Of a DNA stretch of 64,000 nucleotides, positions 57,377-64,000 are shown one piece after another. Below the pieces are notes generated by a model. The model made no database searches. It was not told where the DNA came from and saw only the letters and a list, made by a program, of their open reading frames with translations. The translations under genes and the position numbers were made by a program. The stretch is taken from contig JAYVXU010000025.1 of the NCBI GenBank assembly GCA_043784925.1, forward strand, positions 22,649 to 86,648. The letters are read 5' to 3'. The DNA is from Candidatus Adlerbacteria bacterium (GTDB lineage Bacteria; Patescibacteriota; Minisyncoccia; Phycocordibacterales; SBAW01). How positions within the stretch are numbered: position 1 is the stretch's first letter; every line of letters starts with the position of its first letter.

Positions 57377-58666
57377 ATGAACAATGACAACTTTGGACTT
57401 GCAAAAAAAATACCCGTACCCCTGCGAGGGAGTTTTCTTGCTAAACTTTTTGCTTTTTCCGGACCCGGATATTTAGTTGCGGTTGGATACATGGACCCTG
57501 GCAATTGGGCGACAGATCTTGCAGGAGGTGCACAGTTTGGGTACGCACTTTTGTTTGTCGTATTGCTCTCCAACTTGATAGCAATGCTTTTGCAGCATCT
57601 GGCAGCAAAATTGGGTGTGGTGACAGGGCTCGATCTTGCACAAATATCACACGGATTTCCTAAACCGCTTCGTATTTTACTTTGGCTTTCCGCCGAACTC
57701 ATGATCATTGCGTGCGACATCGCCGAGGTTATAGGCTCTGCTATTGCACTACAATTATTGTTTCATATCCCGCTTGTATTCGGCATTGTAATCACTGCAC
57801 TCGACGTTTTACTATTACTCCTTTTACAAAACAAAGGATTCAGGTATTTAGAGGCATTGGTCATAACTTTGATCGCTACCATTTTTGCTTGTTTTGTTGT
57901 CGAAGTGTTTATGGCGAATCCGGCAGTGGTGCCGCTTTTAGCAGGATTTATCCCTTCTACAAAGATATTTACAAACCCAAACATGCTGTATATAGCACTC
58001 GGCATCATTGGTGCCACAGTGATGCCGCACAACTTGTATCTACATTCATCTATTGTAAAAACTCGTGAACATGGCAAGGATTCTGCAGGAAAAAAAGAGG
58101 CTATATTTTTCTCGACACTGGATTCCACGATAGCACTCTCACTCGCCTTTTTTGTAAACGCAGCAATATTAATTGTCGCTGCATCAGTCTTTCATTTTTC
58201 TGGACATCAAAATGTAAGTGACATTAGCGAAGCGTTCCGGTTGCTCGCGCCTCTTTTGGGGTTTGGTGCGGCAGGTGTTGTATTTGCGGTGGCTCTGTTA
58301 GCTTCGGGACAAAACTCTACGCTCACCGGTACGCTTGCGGGACAAATCATAATGGAGGGATTCTTACATATCACACTTAAACCTTGGATACGTCGATTGA
58401 TAACGCGCCTTTTGGCGATAGTGCCAGCCATCATGGTCGCAATCTATTATGGCGAAAGTGGAACAGGGAGGTTGCTTATATTGAGCCAAGTTATCCTAAG
58501 TATTCAATTGCCGTTCGCGGTTATTCCTCTTGTTTATTTTACGAGCAAGAAAAAGTACATGGGAGAATTTACAAATTCGCTTTGGCTCACCGTGCTCTCA
58601 TCTATCATTGCTGTGTGCCTTGTCGGGCTCAATCTCTGGCTTATCGTGAGCGCAATTTTTACTTAG
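57377..58666 (+). CDS. mntH: Nramp family Mn2+ transporter
   Basis: [20 protein letters not shown] motifs. Confidence 0.95.
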   Translation: MNNDNFGLAKKIPVPLRGSFLAKLFAFSGPGYLVAVGYMDPGNWATDLAGGAQFGYALLFVVLLSNLIAMLLQHLAAKLGVVTGLDLAQISHGFPKPLRILLWLSAELMIIACDIAEVIGSAIALQLLFHIPLVFGIVITALDVLLLLLLQNKGFRYLEALVITLIATIFACFVVEVFMANPAVVPLLAGFIPSTKIFTNPNMLYIALGIIGATVMPHNLYLHSSIVKTREHGKDSAGKKEAIFFSTLDSTIALSLAFFVNAAILIVAASVFHFSGHQNVSDISEAFRLLAPLLGFGAAGVVFAVALLASGQNSTLTGTLAGQIIMEGFLHITLKPWIRRLITRLLAIVPAIMVAIYYGESGTGRLLILSQVILSIQLPFAVIPLVYFTSKKKYMGEFTNSLWLTVLSSIIAVCLVGLNLWLIVSAIFT

Positions 58667-58667
58667 C

Positions 58668-58993
58668 CTAGGAAATTTGAGTACGGGTCGACGCGCACTT
58701 ATTAAGTTCAATTTGAATAAGGATCATCGCAACAGGGGCAATAACCACATACAAAAGGAACCAAAGAATCGGGTTATTGTCCTTTTTTACAAACATAGAA
58801 AAACCTTCCGAGTAGCGATATAAAAAATAAATATTTACTAGGGGAATTATAACAAGCCATGCTGTGGGTATTTTTGCACCCAAGCTATTTATTTCTTCTG
58901 TTGTTGCAAATAGCCAGTAGACCGCATAAATACCGAAGGTAATAATAGAGAGGATAATAATGGCTGAGGGCCACGTTGTTTAATTTTCTTCAT
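58668..58993 (-). pseudogene. DUF4234-like membrane protein with a 1-nt frameshift
   Basis: MKKIKQRGP / AIIILSIITFGIYAVYWLF...QIELN; the two parts lie in different frames. Confidence 0.7.
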
Positions 58994-59201
58994 ACTTTTA
59001 TTAGTATAGCAGACGCGGGCAGTGTCCCCGTAATACAAAATGTATCAAACGGCTTAATATTTTTCGGGTCGTATAAGTTATCGGTAACTACGCGGTTTAA
59101 TCGTATGACGAAATATATCCCGCACACAAGGAACAAAAACATACTATATATTAATACTTATGAAAATATGGTGACCGTGAACCGCCCCCATTTCCTCAAA
59201 T

Positions 59202-61238
59202 TTAAGGCTTATGTGCACCGAAGATCACTTCGGGAAATTGTTTTGTATGTCCATCAAGCAATATTGTCGTAGATCCCATTAATTCTTTGTCGAAGAATGC
59301 CACCGAGTACGCATTAACTATAGTATGCGCACGCTCTGCACCTATCGGTCCACTGATCCCAATAATTGGCAAAAACGGTGATAGCAGGTCGAGGTCAGTT
59401 AAATCAATATGGAACATTCCAGGTACCTGCACGAAGTAGCCATCTCCTGGCAAACTATCATACACTGAGCGCATAGTTGTCTGGGTTTGCTCGATATCCT
59501 TCTCTGCCCAGCCACCAGCTGTTTGTCTTTCGAGCCGCATTGTGGCGACAGGTCGTGTAATGAACATACTTGGCTGCTGCAGGTACTTCTGGACCACATT
59601 GGCGGTCATGGCAACATCCTCAATCAAGCAGGCCTTGAGGCGGGGGTCTTTCAAGCAGGCCTCGGCGCTAACCGTACCGCCGAGTGACATTCCAAACACC
59701 CCAGTATGCTGTAGATCTAGTTTACCGGTCAGGATATTTTTCGGGTCAGTTATGTTTATAGAAGCTAGCTGATCAAGCGTGAAGCTGACATCCTGCACAA
59801 AATACGGGATGATACCAATCGGCATTGCCCGACCGTTCAGCTGCGGTATTGTCTCAGCTGGACTGAAACTCTGATGGATCAAAGGTTGCATCACATTATC
59901 CACTGGTGGTACAACTATTTGATGTCCATCTGGAAAAACCACCGATGCGGCAGCGCCGGGTTGATCTAGTCCCACGACGATGTAGCCATGTGAGACCATC
60001 TCCTCAACCTGAAAGGTATTCATCTGACGATAGCCAGTGAGTCCTTCTAGAAAAATGAGCACCGGGTAGCTCTGTTTATTATTTGCTACCGGTACAGACT
60101 CAGCAGTATGCGTAGTAACGTATTTAAGTTGTGTTAATGCAAAATTTGGCAGACTGTGCAACTGTGCTAAAGCTGCAGTAACAACGTCGGCATCTTGTAT
60201 GTACAGAGCACGGGGTTGTGACGAGTCATACGTTGCGGGATACCAAACTTGCACCATAAGTTCGCGATGGTCGTTAGCGTCGGTTGTGAAAAGTTCCGGA
60301 CGAGTCGCATCGACCCAGTGATAGGTTACGGTGCCAATCGCGTATGGCCCCGTTGGTTTTGGAAAGCGGAACGCAGGGAGCACTGTCGATAACAAAACGG
60401 AAAGCATCACTCCGAGTACACCAACCCCAAGTATCAAGCTAGTAACAACTTTCTTTATTAGTTTCTGTTTTGTGAAGTTGAACCGAGCCAATGTTTGCGG
60501 ACCCCATAAGACCACCACGACTACTGCCACAGCCGCAGTGATCAAACCTGCTATGCGCATATCGTAATATGAGCCACTTATTGGAAAGAGCTGCCACGCG
60601 AGATTTATCATCGCGTGATAGAGAGCTGCGACAAAGACGCTCTTGCCTGTGTTGTTATAAATCCAGGTCATGATGACTCGAGTTGACACCGTGCCAAGAG
60701 ACCACCACGCGATGAACCAAAGCGATCGAGGTACTTCCAAAAGCGGCAGCCAATGCCATACCGCCCAGAATGTTCCGAGGACAAGTGCCCCGCCGAGTGC
60801 CCCAAAACGCTGCTGCAACGGATCAATCGCGTATCCTGTCCATCCCAATTCCTCGCCGAGAGTAAAGACGAAGAACATAATATAAAGTACGAGCGTGGTT
60901 ACAATCGATAACGACGGAATTGGTACCGACGCCCCCGAGAGACGCATTACAAAAAACATTAAGAAACTTATACCGAGAGGGATAAGGATAGTCGATATAT
61001 ACCAAATATTGTTTTTGACTGGCTTGAAGTCGAAGGATCTCTGTAGAAGCTCCTTCACGCCTGTAAGCCTTTGTTCTCGGTAAGCAAAAAAAGCAGCCGC
61101 GATCACTGGGCAGATAACTGCGAGCCCGGCCAATGGGATGCCAGGTAGCAGTTGGATATGTGTCAAAGTGCCGACCAGCAAGAACGGAATAGAGAGAACA
61201 TAGACCAAAACAAAAAACTTAAAGGGTGATTTCGTCAT
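59202..61238 (-). CDS. CPBP (CAAX/Abi) protease fused to a PAF-AH-like alpha/beta hydrolase
   Basis: GEELGW, WAVWH, HAMIN; PTGPYAIG, LMVQVWYP, GMSLG, MFH motifs. Confidence 0.88.
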   Translation of the reverse strand: MTKSPFKFFVLVYVLSIPFLLVGTLTHIQLLPGIPLAGLAVICPVIAAAFFAYREQRLTGVKELLQRSFDFKPVKNNIWYISTILIPLGISFLMFFVMRLSGASVPIPSLSIVTTLVLYIMFFVFTLGEELGWTGYAIDPLQQRFGALGGALVLGTFWAVWHWLPLLEVPRSLWFIAWWSLGTVSTRVIMTWIYNNTGKSVFVAALYHAMINLAWQLFPISGSYYDMRIAGLITAAVAVVVVVLWGPQTLARFNFTKQKLIKKVVTSLILGVGVLGVMLSVLLSTVLPAFRFPKPTGPYAIGTVTYHWVDATRPELFTTDANDHRELMVQVWYPATYDSSQPRALYIQDADVVTAALAQLHSLPNFALTQLKYVTTHTAESVPVANNKQSYPVLIFLEGLTGYRQMNTFQVEEMVSHGYIVVGLDQPGAAASVVFPDGHQIVVPPVDNVMQPLIHQSFSPAETIPQLNGRAMPIGIIPYFVQDVSFTLDQLASINITDPKNILTGKLDLQHTGVFGMSLGGTVSAEACLKDPRLKACLIEDVAMTANVVQKYLQQPSMFITRPVATMRLERQTAGGWAEKDIEQTQTTMRSVYDSLPGDGYFVQVPGMFHIDLTDLDLLSPFLPIIGISGPIGAERAHTIVNAYSVAFFDKELMGSTTILLDGHTKQFPEVIFGAHKP

Positions 61239-61332
61239 ACTGTGCTCTGACAGCGTATGGCGCATAAGTGCAATGCAGCGGATTCGACAAAAAGAAGAAT
61301 ACCGAGGATGACATGCGGATTCATATAAATTT

Positions 61333-61590
61333 TTAGGCGGTCTCAGAATCCTTTTTGACTACCACAATAGTGCATTTAGTCACGAGTGCCGCTATTGCCC
61401 CGACCGCTGCAAGTACAGGAAGTAAAACAGCTCCTATTGTGCCGATGGTAAGGGGTATTTCTATAAGCGATTTTCCCTCCTCATTCTTTATGATAATGCG
61501 GCGGGCATTTCCCGCCTGTATGAGTTCTTTAACTTTCTTTAAAAGCTCTTCTCCATTTAAACTGAACTCTTCTTGATTTTCTTTTGCCAT
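61333..61590 (-). CDS. DUF4342 family protein
   Basis: KVKELIQAGNARRIIIK...EIPLTIG...AAVGAIAAL. Confidence 0.88.
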   Translation of the reverse strand: MAKENQEEFSLNGEELLKKVKELIQAGNARRIIIKNEEGKSLIEIPLTIGTIGAVLLPVLAAVGAIAALVTKCTIVVVKKDSETA

Positions 61591-61869
61591 GGCTTCAGTA
61601 TACCTCTATCACATGAATTACAGCCTAACTCCGCTTTTTAATTTAAAACAAAAAACCACCTGGAATATGGGGACAGTCATGCTCTGTAGAAAACACCTAG
61701 GTACGCACAATCATCACATTGTGTACAAACAACCGCAGCATCATCTCTCGACACTGGCTCCAGCAGGTACGAGCACGTAGCAAAGAAAGGTACCTGACAC
61801 CATTTCTCACAACTGTACGACCTTTTTTGGTGTGTTGCATGTGGGGCGGGGGTGCCATAGGATGAGTGT

Positions 61870-64000
61870 ATGACAGCGGCCGATGGTGCTTTGGTGCGCC
61901 AAATACTTGAGGCTTATTGTGGTTTTGATGTGTTTTCTCGCGGGTCGAAATATGCAAAAGAGGGCCGAGCCTTAGTGACGTCGCACAGCGGCGGGGGCGA
62001 ATATATTCGTGTTGAGGGGGTGGTGTATGGTTCAAGGGAGTATGAGGTTTTGCTTTTGGTGAATTTGAAAGCAAAACAAATAACCAACTTTGAGTGTTCG
62101 TGCCCGTATGCCGACTCGGGAGACATCTGCAAACACATTGTGGCACTAGGGCTTGTATTTTTAGAAAATCAAAAAAATGCCTTTGATCCCGCACGGCAAA
62201 TTGCACCTCCTCCCAACTTTTTTTCGCCTTCGCTCTGGGAGCCCACGCCCCCTCAGCCGCAACCGCAGTCGCTTCCTCCTGTGCAGCCGCAATCGATACA
62301 AAGCGGGCAGGTGCTTGCTCCTGAAGATGTTCGTGACCTCCTTGCCAAACTTGGTATAGACAGCAACTTACTTTCAGAAAATGCTTTGCAAGAATTAAGT
62401 GTCGCTGCGTTTGCAAAATCATCTTTTGCCGCTATCCCGGTGCCCATACCAATCAAAGCTGTATCACAACCACCAAAAAAAGCTGCGCCACAAAAAACAT
62501 TTACCGAAAAATATAATTTAGTGCTACGTCCTCGACACGGTGGAGTGCTCGACCGGCCCTATTTTGTACGCAGTGATGCGCGACGGTATATGAGTTGGCA
62601 CCAAGAAGTTTCTCTTGCGCCAAAATCGCTCCTTCGACAAGAAACGCACCTGAGTGATGATGAGCGTGCGCTTCTGGAGCTGATGTCCACTCTTGGCGAA
62701 AGTACCCAAGAAGAATATACCTCTGACGATCCATACGACATCGCGGCTGTTGTAGTTGCCGCTCACAGGGCCCATGTGTGCCTGGTGCAAAGTGAGCTTG
62801 TGCGGGGCGCGTTTGTCCAATATGAGTGGCAAGAGTCTGAGCGATTTGAAGTCGTGCTCAAACTACTTCAAAAAACTTTTGATGATACTATGTTTCGCGA
62901 AAAGTATATATGTAGTGTGATTGAGCTTGAGCTGCCTCAATTTTTGAACATGAAAGGTGTGTTTTCACACGGCAGCGACGGTGGGCTTGTTGTGGTATAC
63001 AAAAAGACAGTGCGGGTGCTGCCGCTCACTTTCGCCACGGCACGCATAGTGGCGCGCGCACTGCAGCAGGGACAAATGGACATGTATGGATATGGGTTTG
63101 ATAGGTTTGGCAAAAAAGCCGAGTTGCGCTCTTGCACTGAATTGAGCGAAGACGAGTATGTGCACTTGAATAGTATCAGTCATGATCTCGAGACGCATTG
63201 CGCACTTACCTCCACACTCCCTAAGCGCTATGGTGTGGTTAAACATGAGGCTAAACCGGTTATTGTTGTTGACTACGATTCTTCGCAGTCAACCCTTGCA
63301 GTACTTCCGTCGGTCGACTACGGAGCGGTTGTGTTGCCGGTGTCAGACATTCTGTATCGCTCGAGTAATAAAAGAAAAGATTTGATGCGACGAAACGGTA
63401 CTGCATTTGGCGGTATAAGCACAGTGGTACGAGTGCAAGAGGGTGAAGTGCACTATGCACATACCGACCATGGGTTGGAAGTTAAGATGTTTAACTTGGG
63501 CGAAAAAACTGGAGAGAAGTTGGGGCTCACGCGCCGGAGCCGTGCGGTATATAAAGGAGACAAACAAATCGAAAAGTGGACCCTAGACTTTTTGCCCGAG
63601 CTTCAAAAATTGCCGTTTGAGATTCGCTATGTGCACGACGTGCCCGACATACAGCGCACTGAATTTCGTGCCAATTTTGATATACAAGGAAGCCTCCAGC
63701 AAGACTGGTTGGCATTTGACCTAGAGCTCTATTGCGGGGAAGAGCGAGTGCAACTGTCAGACATCGAAGCATATCTTAAAGAAGGAGGGTCGCTTCTTAA
63801 AACAAAGGATGGCCGTTTGTTCAAAATAACCAACCCCGAAACCATCACCCGATTGCTTGAGTTGTTGGCGCATTTTAAAAAAGGAAAGGGTGGCACCTAC
63901 GAGGGGAAAGCATTCCATGCGCCTGCACTTTCTGCCATGGCACAGTCGTCGAAGCATTATACGACGCAAATTTCAAAAAGTTTTTCGAAATTCTTTACAG
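61870..64000 (+). CDS. SWIM zinc finger SNF2-family helicase, N-terminal part (runs off the window)
   Basis: ECSCPY...CKHIVA (SWIM); DWLAFDLEL...KDG SNF2-associated region; helicase motifs not within the window. Confidence 0.75.
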   Translation, partial: MTAADGALVRQILEAYCGFDVFSRGSKYAKEGRALVTSHSGGGEYIRVEGVVYGSREYEVLLLVNLKAKQITNFECSCPYADSGDICKHIVALGLVFLENQKNAFDPARQIAPPPNFFSPSLWEPTPPQPQPQSLPPVQPQSIQSGQVLAPEDVRDLLAKLGIDSNLLSENALQELSVAAFAKSSFAAIPVPIPIKAVSQPPKKAAPQKTFTEKYNLVLRPRHGGVLDRPYFVRSDARRYMSWHQEVSLAPKSLLRQETHLSDDERALLELMSTLGESTQEEYTSDDPYDIAAVVVAAHRAHVCLVQSELVRGAFVQYEWQESERFEVVLKLLQKTFDDTMFREKYICSVIELELPQFLNMKGVFSHGSDGGLVVVYKKTVRVLPLTFATARIVARALQQGQMDMYGYGFDRFGKKAELRSCTELSEDEYVHLNSISHDLETHCALTSTLPKRYGVVKHEAKPVIVVDYDSSQSTLAVLPSVDYGAVVLPVSDILYRSSNKRKDLMRRNGTAFGGISTVVRVQEGEVHYAHTDHGLEVKMFNLGEKTGEKLGLTRRSRAVYKGDKQIEKWTLDFLPELQKLPFEIRYVHDVPDIQRTEFRANFDIQGSLQQDWLAFDLELYCGEERVQLSDIEAYLKEGGSLLKTKDGRLFKITNPETITRLLELLAHFKKGKGGTYEGKAFHAPALSAMAQSSKHYTTQISKSFSKFFT

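Noticed and set aside
58994-59201. Possible small ORF remnant between the DUF4234-like and CPBP genes
   Set aside because: No recognisable motif or consistent frame
61667-61805. REP-like motifs GGGGACAGTC and AAAGGTACCTGACACCATTT (also GGGGACAC near 59025)
   Set aside because: Single imperfect copies and no associated transposase in the window

Overview
64 kb of bacterial chromosome (genetic code 11). It is most likely a Patescibacteria/CPR (Parcubacteria-like) genome, an inference from the rnj-oppA-secG synteny, the CPR-type coupling-protein ATPase, the DUF5663-like and cupredoxin-like proteins, a class F sortase and many apparently leaderless genes. Housekeeping genes: lexA, mutY-like, rnj, secG, groES/groEL, lemA, htpX, mntR/mntH and a partial SWIM-SNF2 helicase. 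The most notable region is a ~13 kb surface-glycan island (35.2-48.1 kb). It holds a PilZ-less BcsA-like synthase, GH8 and GH6 glucanases, a GT2-GtrA fusion, two GT-C transferases, an Fn3 surface protein and an OmpR-family two-component system. The promoter of the glycan operon shares an exact 34-bp architecture (three 11-bp-spaced CTT/CTC boxes followed by TATAGT) with the promoter of a KGG stress gene 36 kb away, which suggests an undescribed stress regulon. Other oddities: a LexA with Asp at the Gly of the cleavage site, a MucR/Ros zinc-finger regulator, an RPH-like dikinase paired with an orphan exported protein, a CPBP protease-alpha/beta hydrolase fusion, a GroES with a Lys-rich extension, and several deletion/frameshift scars. 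No tRNA, rRNA, CRISPR array, integrase or transposase was recognised. Family calls are from motif recognition by eye, not database searches.
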